Assembly: GCA_041393535.1 (NCBI GenBank)
Contig: JAWKJY010000010.1
Span: 50,363 to 114,362, forward strand
Direction of reading: 5' to 3'
From: Thermoleophilia bacterium
Lineage (GTDB): Bacteria; Actinomycetota; Thermoleophilia; Gaiellales; Gaiellaceae
DNA: 64,000 bases
Numbering within the stretch: position 1 is the stretch's first letter; each line of letters opens with the position of its first letter. The position numbers and the translations under genes are program-made. A model generated the notes under the pieces. It did not search any database and had not been told where the DNA came from. It saw only the letters and a program-made list of their open reading frames with translations. Positions 46,233 through 55,112 of the stretch are shown piece after piece.

Positions 46233-46502
46233 TCACTTGATCATCGTGGGGATGGACTCGAAGAGGTCGTGCGTGTAGGCGACGACCTGGTCGAGCATCC
46301 ACGGGCCTGCGAGGGCGATCACGCCGGCGGTGACGAGGATCTTCGGGATGAAGGTCAGCGTCGCCTCCTGGATCTGCGTCACCGCCTGGAAGAGCGAGAT
46401 CACCAGGCCGACGACCAGCCCGGCGAGGAGGATCGGCAGCGAGACCTTCAGGGTCAGCGTCAGCGCCTGGATCGCAAGGTGGAGGACGGTGTCCTTGGTC
46501 AT
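46233..46502 (-). CDS. fliQ: flagellar export apparatus protein FliQ
   Basis: 89 aa. LFQAVTQIQEATLTFIPK motif. Confidence 0.9.
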   Translation of the reverse strand: MTKDTVLHLAIQALTLTLKVSLPILLAGLVVGLVISLFQAVTQIQEATLTFIPKILVTAGVIALAGPWMLDQVVAYTHDLFESIPTMIK

Positions 46503-46523
46503 GGTCGACCCTCCCCGGCGGGG

Positions 46524-47189
46524 TCAGAGGTTGAAGGAGTTGACGACGCTCTGGGTGACCAGGTGCCACCCGTCGACGAGCACGAAGAGCAGGATCTTGA
46601 ACGGGAGGCTGATGAGGACAGGGGGCAGCATCATCATCCCCATGCTCATCAGGACGGCCGAGATGATCATGTCGATCACCAGGAACGGCAGGAAGATCAG
46701 GAAGCCGATCTGGAACGCGGTCTTCAGCTCCGAGATCACGAAGGCGGGGACGAGCACGTGCGTCGGGATGTCCGCGCGCGTCTCGGGGCGCTTCAGCTTC
46801 GCGAGCTTCACGAAGAGCGCCAGGTCGCCGTCCCGCGTCTGCTTGAACATGAACGTCCGCACCGGCTCGAGCCCGCGCTCGATCGCCTGCTGCTGGGTGA
46901 TCTCGCCGGCCCGGAAGGGCTTCAGCGCGACGGAGTTCACCTGGTTCAGCGTCGGGGCCATCACGAAGAGCGAGAGGAAGAAGGCGATCCCGACGAGCAC
47001 CTGGTTCGGCGGCATCGACGGCGTGCCGAGCGCGTTCCGGACGAACCCGAGGACGATCAGGATCCGGGTGAAGCCCGTGACCGCGAAGAGCAGCCCCGGG
47101 ATGAACCCGATCAGGGTCAGGAGGATGAGCAGCTGGACGGCGGTGGAGCCGTTCTCCCCGGGAACCTGCAGGCCGTCGAGGTTCGGCAT
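46524..47189 (-). CDS. fliP: flagellar export apparatus protein FliP
   Basis: Start moved to MPNLDGL (ATG 47189). FTRILIVLGFVRNALGTPSMPPNQVL, VISELKTAFQIGFLIFLPFLVIDM. Confidence 0.95.
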   Translation of the reverse strand: MPNLDGLQVPGENGSTAVQLLILLTLIGFIPGLLFAVTGFTRILIVLGFVRNALGTPSMPPNQVLVGIAFFLSLFVMAPTLNQVNSVALKPFRAGEITQQQAIERGLEPVRTFMFKQTRDGDLALFVKLAKLKRPETRADIPTHVLVPAFVISELKTAFQIGFLIFLPFLVIDMIISAVLMSMGMMMLPPVLISLPFKILLFVLVDGWHLVTQSVVNSFNL

Positions 47190-47770
47190 CAGCTCCTCGC
47201 CGTCAGCCGCCGGAGGCTCTCGAGCACGCCGGCCTGGCGGTCCCGCGCGACCGGGCCGATCGTCGTCCCGACGCCCATCCCGAGCGGGGGCTCGACGCCC
47301 TCGAGGATCGCCTCGAGCCGGCGCGCCGCGTCGCCGCGGTAGACCCGGATCGGCGTCACCTGGTGCTCGGCCGAGCCGAGCAGGACGAGGTCGTCCCCGA
47401 CGCGCACGAGGTGCACCGCGCGGTTCTGCGCGAGCGCCGTCGTCGCGACGACGGCCATCCGCCCGTCCCCGCGCTGGCCCGCACGGGCCTTCGACGCCGT
47501 CCAGCGCTTGAGGATCCAGTAGACGCCCCAGAGCACCACGAGCACGATCAGGAGCCCGACGACGAGCCGGACCCACGCGCCCGACGAGCCCGAGGAGGCC
47601 GCCTCCTTCGTCCCCTCCTTCGCCGCGCCCGAGACCGCGTCGGGGAGCTTCGTCTGATCGCGCTCGAACGCGCCCTGCGCGGCGGGTGCCGCGAGCAGCG
47701 CGACGGCAGGCAGCGACAACGCGCACGCCAGGGCGACCAGTGACCGGGGACGACCGGGTTCCACCGCCAC
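47189..47770 (-). CDS. fliO: FliO/FliZ-like flagellar protein
   Basis: Single TM (WVRLVVGLLIVLVVLWGVYWIL) and a LVRVGDDLVLLGSAEHQV segment. Position upstream of fliP. The start is uncertain because a promoter-like motif abuts 47770. Confidence 0.6.
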   Translation of the reverse strand: MAVEPGRPRSLVALACALSLPAVALLAAPAAQGAFERDQTKLPDAVSGAAKEGTKEAASSGSSGAWVRLVVGLLIVLVVLWGVYWILKRWTASKARAGQRGDGRMAVVATTALAQNRAVHLVRVGDDLVLLGSAEHQVTPIRVYRGDAARRLEAILEGVEPPLGMGVGTTIGPVARDRQAGVLESLRRLTARS

Positions 47771-47773
47771 CGC

Positions 47774-47801
47774 TTATCGACCGGCGATCCGCATCGTTGA
47801 G
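47774..47801 (-). promoter_or_regulatory. sigma-28-type promoter candidate upstream of fliO
   Basis: CTCAAC-N14-GTCGATAA. The -10 element ends 3 nt before the first in-frame GTG, so the real start may be GTG 47764 or the transcript may be leaderless. Confidence 0.5.
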
Positions 47802-48066
47802 CGGGGCCCGCCCGACCGCTCCCCCCTCCGGGGGCCGCCCGATCGGGTGGCCCGCCTCGCGCGCGCGAGAGCGCGCGATGCGCGCGTCCCTCCACCGGGG
47901 GGACGCCCCGCCTTCCACCGGGTGAGGCGCCGGCGCCCTGACGGGCACGCCGCCATCCCCGAAACGGAGAGGGTGCGAGGTCGAGTCCGGGAATCGCCCT
48001 CGGAGCGCGTGGACACGATGCTTGAGGAGTCAGCAGCGCCCCCTGCCCCCCGGAGGTTCGAATCTC

Positions 48067-48882
48067 GTGGACACCCAAGTCGTGAGCGGCCAGCGCCCCA
48101 CCGCCGAGCAGGCCGAGGGTCTCTGGCGGCGGTGGGTCGAGGTCCGCGACGTCAAGGCTCGCGACCGGCTCGTGCTCTCCTACTCGCCGATGGTGAAGTA
48201 CCTGGCGAGCCGCAAGATCCGCGAGCTCCCCGCGCACTGCGAGCTCGAGGACCTGATCTCGTGCGGCCTGCTCGCGCTGATCGCCGCGGTCGACCGCTTC
48301 GACCCGAAGAAGGGGGCGACGTTCGAGCAGTACGCCTGGACGCGCGTGTCCGGCGCGATCATGGACGAGCTGCGCCGCCAGGACTGGGCCTCGCGCTCCG
48401 TCCGCCGCACCGGCCGCGAGATCGAGCGCGCCCGCGACGCCTGGCTCTCCAAGAACGGCCGCGCGCCGAGCGAGTCCGAGCTGGCCGGCGAGCTGAGCAT
48501 GACCGTCGTGGAGCTGCGCGACCGGCTCGAGGAGATCGACCGCGCCGACCTGCTCTCGCTGAACGCCCCGGCTCGCGGCACCGACGACGCCCTCTCCGTC
48601 GAGGTCGGCGACACGCTCGAGGCCCCGATCGGCACGTACGACCCGGAGCTCTCGACGCTCGCCGGCGAGCGCGCCGAGGCCGTGCGCGCCGCCATCGCCT
48701 CCCTCTCGGAGCGCGAGCAGACGATCCTCACCCTCCTCCACGTCCACCACATGCAGGGCGCCGAGATCGGTCGCCACCTGGGCGTGAGCGAGTCCCGGGT
48801 CTCCCAGATCCTCGCGTCGATCCGCCGCAAGCTGAAGGACGCGATCGACGACTACGACAAGATCGACGCCCGCGTCGCCTGA
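48067..48882 (+). CDS. fliA: flagellar sigma factor, FliA/WhiG/SigD (sigma-28) family
   Basis: Start set at GTG 48067 after GGAGG. Regions 2-4: DLISCGLLALIAAVDRFDPKKGATFEQYAWTRVSGAIMDELRRQDW, LSEREQTILTLLHVHHMQGAEIGRHLGVSESRVSQI. Confidence 0.85.
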   Translation: MDTQVVSGQRPTAEQAEGLWRRWVEVRDVKARDRLVLSYSPMVKYLASRKIRELPAHCELEDLISCGLLALIAAVDRFDPKKGATFEQYAWTRVSGAIMDELRRQDWASRSVRRTGREIERARDAWLSKNGRAPSESELAGELSMTVVELRDRLEEIDRADLLSLNAPARGTDDALSVEVGDTLEAPIGTYDPELSTLAGERAEAVRAAIASLSEREQTILTLLHVHHMQGAEIGRHLGVSESRVSQILASIRRKLKDAIDDYDKIDARVA

Positions 48883-49018
48883 CGCGGGGCCCCGCGCCTC
48901 CACCCCGGGAGATCGGCCCGGCCCTCGCGGTCGGGCCGTGTCGTTTCCGGGGGCGCCCGCGCCTCGCTGCGGGCCGCTACGGATGCGGCTCGCCGACCGC
49001 CCCGCCTAGGCTCGGTGC

Positions 49019-49417
49019 ATGGTCGCCAGCACGGGCAGGTCGCGCGTCGTCCGACTCGCCTGGCTCGCCGTCGCCTACGCCGCCACCGGCCTCGCCGTGC
49101 TCGGGGTGCTCGTGCCCGTCCTGCCGACGACGCCGTTCGCGCTCCTGGCCGTGTTCGCCGCCGCGCGCGGCTCGAAGGCGTTCCACGAGCGGCTCCTGCG
49201 CGACCCCCGGCTCGGGCCCGTCGTTCGCGACTGGCAGCTCCACCGGGCGGTCGGCCGGCGACCGAAGCAGCTCGCGACGGGGACGATGGCCGTCTCCGCC
49301 GGCGTCCTCTTCGTCGCCGGCCCGTCCCTCTGGGTCGCCGTCGGCGTGACCTGCCTGATGGCCTCCGTCGGCGCCTGGCTCTGGGCCCGCCCCGAGCCGC
49401 CGCGGGAGCGGCGCTAG
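49019..49417 (+). CDS. DUF454 (YbaN-like) inner-membrane protein
   Basis: GVLVPVLPTTPFALLAVFAAARGS...RDW motif pattern. 132 aa. Confidence 0.75.
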   Translation: MVASTGRSRVVRLAWLAVAYAATGLAVLGVLVPVLPTTPFALLAVFAAARGSKAFHERLLRDPRLGPVVRDWQLHRAVGRRPKQLATGTMAVSAGVLFVAGPSLWVAVGVTCLMASVGAWLWARPEPPRERR

Positions 49418-49422
49418 GGCCG

Positions 49423-50454
49423 TCAGGCGGCCGCGCGCGCCGGCCGGGACGACCGCGCTGCGCGCACGAGCGCCTCGATCGAGGCGTCCGGCACGTCCCA
49501 CGGAATCTCCGGGCCCTGGTTCGAGAGGACGAAGCCCGGTCCCGCGGCGGCGATCACGCGCCGGGCCTCGAACTCGACCCGCTCCGGCTCGAAGCGCAGC
49601 AGCTTGAGGTTGTTGACGTTGCCGATCAGCGCCTTGCCGGGACCGATCGCCCGGCGGGCCGCGTCGACGCGGTCGCTCTCGCCGATCAGGAAGCCGGCGA
49701 CGCCCAGGTCGCGCAGGTGCGGCAGGAACGGCAGGCCGTGGCCGACGAGCTCGAGCGCGAGCAGGCCCGGCGTGCGCGCCACGAACCGCTCGAGCGCCGG
49801 GCGCGCGTCGCGCAGGAACGTCGCCTCGTCGAGGATCGTGGCGGAGGCGATGCCCTCGGCGACGACGACGAGGTCGCAGCCGGCGTCGAGCTGGGCCGAG
49901 GCCCAGCGCGACGCGTACGCGGTCGTCTTCTCGAGCAGGGTCGGCAGGAAGCGTCGCCGCACCGGCTCCGGCTCGAGCAGCAGCGAGAGGAGCTTCCGCG
50001 TGCCCATCAGCATCGTCGGCAGCGAGAACGGGCCGATCACCGCGCCGACGATCAGCTGCTGGCCCTTGACCCGCCGCGCGAGCGCCTCGGCGGCGCGCAG
50101 CGTGTGCCGGCAGTACGGGTGCCGGGTCGGGTCGGGCACGGCCACGCGCTCGATGTCCTCGTAGGACGACAGGACCATCCCGTTGACCGACGGCGGGCCG
50201 TCGTCGTGCAGGTCGATCCCGGCGCCCCACGGCAGCACGTCCTGGACGACGTGCGGCATCGCGAACACCGCGTCGTGGCCGAAGCGGTCGAGCAGCGCGA
50301 GCTGGCCCTCCGCGATCCGGCCCGGCTCGCCGAAGTAGCGCCCGAGCGGGACGCCGAGCACCCGGGCGCCCTGCATCAGGAGGACGGGCGCGACCGGCGT
50401 CACGTCGACCGGGTCGCCGAGCACCGCGGCGACGATCCGCTCCGCGCCCGTCAC
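49423..50454 (-). CDS. URO-D-superfamily protein of the MtaA/MtbA (corrinoid methyltransferase) type rather than HemE
   Basis: 343 aa TIM-barrel-like family pattern. No RQAGR HemE motif and no HxC zinc motif seen. GTG 50454 makes a GTGA overlap with the stop of the MCP-B12 gene. Confidence 0.7.
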   Translation of the reverse strand: MTGAERIVAAVLGDPVDVTPVAPVLLMQGARVLGVPLGRYFGEPGRIAEGQLALLDRFGHDAVFAMPHVVQDVLPWGAGIDLHDDGPPSVNGMVLSSYEDIERVAVPDPTRHPYCRHTLRAAEALARRVKGQQLIVGAVIGPFSLPTMLMGTRKLLSLLLEPEPVRRRFLPTLLEKTTAYASRWASAQLDAGCDLVVVAEGIASATILDEATFLRDARPALERFVARTPGLLALELVGHGLPFLPHLRDLGVAGFLIGESDRVDAARRAIGPGKALIGNVNNLKLLRFEPERVEFEARRVIAAAGPGFVLSNQGPEIPWDVPDASIEALVRAARSSRPARAAA

Positions 50455-52034
50455 GCGGCCTGCCCGAGCGTCAGGTGGCGGACGAGCCGGACCGCGCCGG
50501 CCGGGTCGAACGCGACCCCGTCGGCCCCGACCCGCTCGCGCAGCGTCGGGTCGACGAGGAACGGCGCGCCGCCGGCGATCACGCGGATGCGGTGGAGGCC
50601 GCGGCGCCGCAGCAGCTCCTTCAGCTCGGGGACGTGCTTCGCCGTGTGCAGGAGCAGCGTCGAGACGCCGATCACCGTCGCGCCCTCGCGGACGGCGGCG
50701 TCGACGAGGTCCTCGTTGCGCACGCTCAGGCCGAGGTCGACGACGCGGAAGCCGTCGGCGCGCAGGGCGGCGACGACGATCCGGCGGCCGAGGTCGTGGA
50801 AGTCCTGCCAGGCGTTCCCGATCACGATCGGAGGGCCGTCCCGTCCGTCCGAGACGAGCGGCTCAAGCCGCTCGAGCGCCGCCTCGAGGATGCGGGCGTT
50901 CCGGAAGTGCTCGATCGTCGGGCGCCCGGGCCCGGCCGCGTTGTACGCGCGCTGGGCGGCGCCGGCCAGGCGGCCGAGCAGCTCGTCGGGCGCGACGTCG
51001 GCGGCGAGGGCCTGCTCGAGCGCCCGGGCCGCGTCGTCGGGCCGGTCGTCGACCAGCGCCCGCTCGAAGGCGGCCTCGAAGGCGCCGAGCGAGCGGATCG
51101 CGGGCCGCGCCGGCGCCGGCGCCGCCTCGAGCCAGAGCGCGTCGCCGGCGCGCGCGCCCGCGGCGAGCTCCGCCGCGAGCGCGGAGGCCGCCTGATCCAC
51201 GTGCTCCCCGTGCAGCCGCGCCTGCTCGACCAGCTCCTGCAGCTCGACCTGGCCGTAGGCGAGCTCCTGGACGCGTCCGGTCGGCTCGAGGAGCGCGTCC
51301 GCGCGACCGTCGGTCTCGACCGCGGCGCCCTCGAGCACCCGGACGGCGGCCTCCGCGCCGGCGAGCGCCTCGAGGTTCTCGCCGAAGCGCTCGGCGCCCC
51401 GGCCGATCGCCTCGGCGATCCGGTCGGCGGCGGCGACGACGTCAGAGACGACCTCGCGCGTCGTCACCGAGAGCGAGCCCACCTCCTCGGCGACCACCTG
51501 GAACCCGACCCCGGCTGCGCCCGCGCGGGCCGCCTCGATCCGCGCGTTCAGCGCGAGCAGCTTGGTCCGGTCGGCGATGCCGCGGATCTCGGCCATCCGC
51601 TCGTGGATCTCGCCGACCTGCCGGTTCAGCTCCGCCAGCTCGGCCTCGAAGGCGCGGATCGAGCCCGCGTAGCTCTCGATCGCCGCGGCGGCGTGCCCGG
51701 TGGCCGAGACGATCTCCCCGACGGCGTCGCCCAGGCCGGTCGACGTGCGGGAGAGCCGCTCGGCGACCTCGGCGAAGCCGCCGCGGCGCGCGAGCTCGAG
51801 CGCGCGGCCGGTGACCGCCAGGAGGGCCCGGTTCGACGCGCGCGCGTCCTCCGCCCGGGCGCGGTGCGCGTGGAGCGCCCGCGCCAGCGAGCCGACCCCG
51901 TCGGCGAGCGGGTGCCCGGCCGGCGGCTCGGGCTCCGGCTCGGCCGGTTGCGAGGGAGCGGGCGCGACCGGAGCCGGCTCGACGTGGACGTCGAGCTCGC
52001 TCGCTGCGCGTCGCCTGCTGCCCCAGAGCCACAT
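50451..52034 (-). CDS. soluble MCP signalling domain fused to a cobalamin-binding (B12-binding_2 + B12-binding) domain
   Basis: The middle region carries EIRGIADRTKLLALNARIEAARAGAAGVGFQVVAEEV. The C-terminal 220 aa carry DxHxxG (DFHDLG), SxL (GVSTLLL) and GG (VIAGGAP). No TM helix. Confidence 0.8.
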   Translation of the reverse strand: MWLWGSRRRAASELDVHVEPAPVAPAPSQPAEPEPEPPAGHPLADGVGSLARALHAHRARAEDARASNRALLAVTGRALELARRGGFAEVAERLSRTSTGLGDAVGEIVSATGHAAAAIESYAGSIRAFEAELAELNRQVGEIHERMAEIRGIADRTKLLALNARIEAARAGAAGVGFQVVAEEVGSLSVTTREVVSDVVAAADRIAEAIGRGAERFGENLEALAGAEAAVRVLEGAAVETDGRADALLEPTGRVQELAYGQVELQELVEQARLHGEHVDQAASALAAELAAGARAGDALWLEAAPAPARPAIRSLGAFEAAFERALVDDRPDDAARALEQALAADVAPDELLGRLAGAAQRAYNAAGPGRPTIEHFRNARILEAALERLEPLVSDGRDGPPIVIGNAWQDFHDLGRRIVVAALRADGFRVVDLGLSVRNEDLVDAAVREGATVIGVSTLLLHTAKHVPELKELLRRRGLHRIRVIAGGAPFLVDPTLRERVGADGVAFDPAGAVRLVRHLTLGQAA

Positions 52035-52155
52035 GCTGCTCCCCGTCGATCGGCAGCGGGCAGCCCGAATCCATCCGGGTCGACGCGGATCTCGCCCCGG
52101 CCGCCCGGACGGGTGCGCCCGGTTGCCCCCGGGCCGGCCGGGGTAGACAGGCGCG

Positions 52156-53235
52156 ATGCGCGTCCCGCCGGTTCCGCGGAGCCTCGACCGCGCGTCGGGC
52201 TGGGCCTGGCGCCTGCTCCTCTGCGCCGCCGCGCTCGTCGCGGTGCTCGCGCTGCTCGTGTTCCTGCAGGTGATCGTGCTCCCGGTGCTCGTCGCGCTGA
52301 CGATCTCCCCGGCGCTGCTCCCCCTGACCGACTGGCTGCGCTGCCGCGGGATCGGCCGGCCCGCCGCGGCGATCTCGCTCGTGCTGGCGATCGCGCTCGT
52401 CGCCGGCCTCGCGGCGCTCGTCGCCGTCTCGATCGTCTCGCAGTACGACGAGCTCGCGGACGCCGCGCAGCGCGGCGTCGAGCGGGCGACGGCATGGCTC
52501 GACGACCAGGGGATCGACGTCGCGGGCGACGGCTCGCAGAGCCTGGCCGACCGGATCGGGACGGCCTGGAGCGCCGCGTCCGACTACCTCGTCGCCGGCC
52601 TGCGCACCGGCGTGTCGCTCGTCGCCGGGGTCGTCCTCGCGGTCGCGATGCTGTACTTCGTCCTCCGCGACGGGCGCGGCGCCTGGCGCGGCCTGCTCGG
52701 CCGCCTCGGCGCCGAGAACCGGCCAGCGGTCGAGCGCGCCGGCCATGCCGCGTGGAAGCAGCTCGCCGGCTACGTCCGAGGCACGGCGCTGATCGCCGCG
52801 CTCGATGCGCTGCTGATCGGGATCGGCATCGCGCTGCTCGGCGTGCCGCTCGTCCTCCCGCTCGCCGTGCTCGTCTTCCTGGGCGGCTTCATCCCGTTCG
52901 CCGGGGCGACGCTCACCGGGGCGATCGCCGTGCTCGTCGCGTTCGCGGACGAGGGCGGCGTGATCGCGCTGGCCACGCTCGGCGTCGTGCTCGGCGTCCA
53001 GTTCGTCGAGGGCAACTTCCTCCAGCCGATCGTGCAGAGCCGGACCGTGTCCCTGCACCCGGCCGTCGTCATCCTCGCGGTCGCCGCCGGCGGCTCGCTC
53101 TTCGGGATCCTTGGCGCGTTCCTCGCCGTCCCCGTGGTCGCGGTGGCCGTGGCCTTCGTGCGGAGCCTCGCGGACGAGCCGATCGACCCCCGCGGCCCGG
53201 CCGACGCCGGCGCGCCGGAGCACGTGCCGCCGTAG
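52156..53235 (+). CDS. AI-2E family (PerM/UPF0118) transporter
   Basis: 359 aa, about 8 TM. FIPFAGATLTGAIAVLVA...FLQPIVQS family motifs. Confidence 0.85.
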   Translation: MRVPPVPRSLDRASGWAWRLLLCAAALVAVLALLVFLQVIVLPVLVALTISPALLPLTDWLRCRGIGRPAAAISLVLAIALVAGLAALVAVSIVSQYDELADAAQRGVERATAWLDDQGIDVAGDGSQSLADRIGTAWSAASDYLVAGLRTGVSLVAGVVLAVAMLYFVLRDGRGAWRGLLGRLGAENRPAVERAGHAAWKQLAGYVRGTALIAALDALLIGIGIALLGVPLVLPLAVLVFLGGFIPFAGATLTGAIAVLVAFADEGGVIALATLGVVLGVQFVEGNFLQPIVQSRTVSLHPAVVILAVAAGGSLFGILGAFLAVPVVAVAVAFVRSLADEPIDPRGPADAGAPEHVPP

Positions 53236-53241
53236 CGCAGC

Positions 53242-53652
53242 CTACGCGGGACGCAGCGGCGACGGGCCCTGGCGGAGCGTGCGGCGCTCGGCCGGGAGGA
53301 TCTCGGTCACGCGCAGGCCGAACTCCTCGTCGACCGCGACGACCTCGCCGCGCGCCACGGGCGTGCCGTTGACGTAGAGGTCGGCGGGCTCGCCGACCAT
53401 CTTGTCGAGCGTGATGATCGTGCCCGGGGCGATCGCGAGCGCGTCGCGGATCGTCATCGAGGTCCGCCCCATCTCGACGACGAGCTCCACCGGGACGTCC
53501 AGGACGAGCCCGAGGTCGCCGCTCCCGTCGCCCGACGGGCCGGCGCCGCCGAGCTCGGCGAGCGCGACGTCCGCGTCGAGGCCGCCCGCCAGGTCGCCGG
53601 CGATTCCGCCGAGCGCCTGGGCCACCTCTGCATCGAGGGAGAAGTCGTCCAT
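53242..53652 (-). CDS. fliN: flagellar motor switch protein FliN
   Basis: C-terminal SpoA domain (VPVELVVEMGRTSMTIRDALAIAPGTIITLDKMVGEPADLYVNGTPVARGEVVAVDEEFGLRVTEI). Confidence 0.9.
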   Translation of the reverse strand: MDDFSLDAEVAQALGGIAGDLAGGLDADVALAELGGAGPSGDGSGDLGLVLDVPVELVVEMGRTSMTIRDALAIAPGTIITLDKMVGEPADLYVNGTPVARGEVVAVDEEFGLRVTEILPAERRTLRQGPSPLRPA

Positions 53653-53661
53653 CCGTGCCTC

Positions 53662-54123
53662 CTACTGCACCGCGACGTCGGTGAAGTAGACCTCCTTGAC
53701 GTGCTCGTCGGTCTGCTTCTTCACGGCGGTCAGGATCTCCTCCAGCGCCTGCTCGCGCCCCGTCTTCGAGACGAGCTCGTCCGCATCCATGCCGGTCAGG
53801 GTGTCCGTGATGATCGCCCGGACGACGCCCTCCTGCGCCAGGCCGCCGCCCTCGGCGCCATGTCCGCCACCGCCGGCCTCCTCCTCGACGACGAGCGCCA
53901 CGGAGACCTTCCCGTAGTGGCCGTCCGCGAGGTTGACGACGAACTCCTTCTCGAGCGCCATCACGGTGCCCTCGATCTTCGGCTTCGGGGGCGGCGGCGG
54001 CTTCGGGGCGAACTTCATCTTGTAGCCCACGCCTGCGACGACGAGCACGAGGACCGGGACGAGCAGCTTCTTCTTGCTCTTCTTCTTGCCCTCGCCCTCG
54101 GCGCCCTTCTTCTTGTCGCTCAT
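53662..54123 (-). CDS. fliL: flagellar basal-body-associated protein FliL
   Basis: Lys-rich N-terminus, one TM, FVVNLADG...KVSVALVVE... pattern. ATGA overlap with motB. Confidence 0.8.
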   Translation of the reverse strand: MSDKKKGAEGEGKKKSKKKLLVPVLVLVVAGVGYKMKFAPKPPPPPKPKIEGTVMALEKEFVVNLADGHYGKVSVALVVEEEAGGGGHGAEGGGLAQEGVVRAIITDTLTGMDADELVSKTGREQALEEILTAVKKQTDEHVKEVYFTDVAVQ

Positions 54124-55112
54124 GGGGTGACCTCCTGATCGCCCGACGTCGTGCCGCTCGAGGCGGGCGCGACGGCGTCGGGCGAGATCCCGATGGGGTT
54201 CTCGCTGTCGAGGGGTGTGATCGCGGGGACGGCCGCCGGCGGTGCGACGGTGGTCGTCTCCACGGACGTGGTCGTGGTGCCGGCGGCGTCGCCCTCGGTC
54301 GCCGTGCGAACGACGACGATCTCGACGCGACGGTTCTCCGCCCGCCCCTCGGCGGTGTCGTTCGGGGCGATGGGGCGCGTGTCGGCGAAGCCGGCCGCCG
54401 TCATGCGGCCCGGGGTGATGCCGTCCTCGAGGAAGACGGAGAGGACGGTGACGGCGCGGCTCGTCGCCAGCTCCCAGTTGTTCCGGAAGCGGGCCGTCGC
54501 GATCGGCACGTCGTCCGTGTGGCCCTCGATGTGGATCGGGTTCTGGCGCGGGACGCTCTTGACCGCCTTCACGAGGTCGTCCAGCACCGGCCGCGCGGAG
54601 GCGAACAGATCGGCCTCGCCGGTCGCGAAGAGCATGTTGTCCGGGAGGATCCGGATCACGAGCCCGCGCTCGTCGATCGTCGTCTTGACCTTGCCGGCGA
54701 TGCCGCGGTTGGTGACGGACTTGTCGACGGCGTCCTTGATCTTCTGCAGGTCCTGCAGCTCCGCGGCCGTCGCGGCCTGCTCGGCCTCGGTCTTGCCGCC
54801 CGTGCTCTTCTGCTGGTCGGGCATGACGGCGTCCTGCGGCGTGACGGGCTCGACCTTCGCCGTCGACCCGGGGCCGCCCTGGAGGATCGAGTCCTGTCCG
54901 ACGAAGAGCGGCGAGCCGAAGGCGTTCGTCAGCGACAGCTTGAGCGCGTCGAACTTGTCGGCGCTCGTGGTCGACATGGCCCAGAGGATGATGAACAGGG
55001 CCATGAGGAGCGTGATCATGTCCGCGTAGGTCAGCAGCCAGCGCTCGTCGGGATGGAAGCCCTCCCCACCGCGCTTCTTCTTCTTGCCGCCCCCACCGCC
55101 GCCGGCGCTCAT
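54120..55112 (-). CDS. motB: flagellar stator protein MotB (OmpA-like C-terminal domain)
   Basis: WLLTYADMITLLMALFIILW (conserved Asp), IHIEGHTDDVPI...NWELATSRA...NRRVEIVV. Confidence 0.9.
   Translation of the reverse strand: MSAGGGGGGKKKKRGGEGFHPDERWLLTYADMITLLMALFIILWAMSTTSADKFDALKLSLTNAFGSPLFVGQDSILQGGPGSTAKVEPVTPQDAVMPDQQKSTGGKTEAEQAATAAELQDLQKIKDAVDKSVTNRGIAGKVKTTIDERGLVIRILPDNMLFATGEADLFASARPVLDDLVKAVKSVPRQNPIHIEGHTDDVPIATARFRNNWELATSRAVTVLSVFLEDGITPGRMTAAGFADTRPIAPNDTAEGRAENRRVEIVVVRTATEGDAAGTTTTSVETTTVAPPAAVPAITPLDSENPIGISPDAVAPASSGTTSGDQEVTP

Noticed and set aside
48040-48075. GGTTCGAATC, a tRNA T-loop-like string, upstream of fliA.
   Set aside because: No complementary T-stem, acceptor stem or anticodon arm can be drawn. 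The string contains the GGAGG ribosome-binding site and is followed by the GTG start of fliA.
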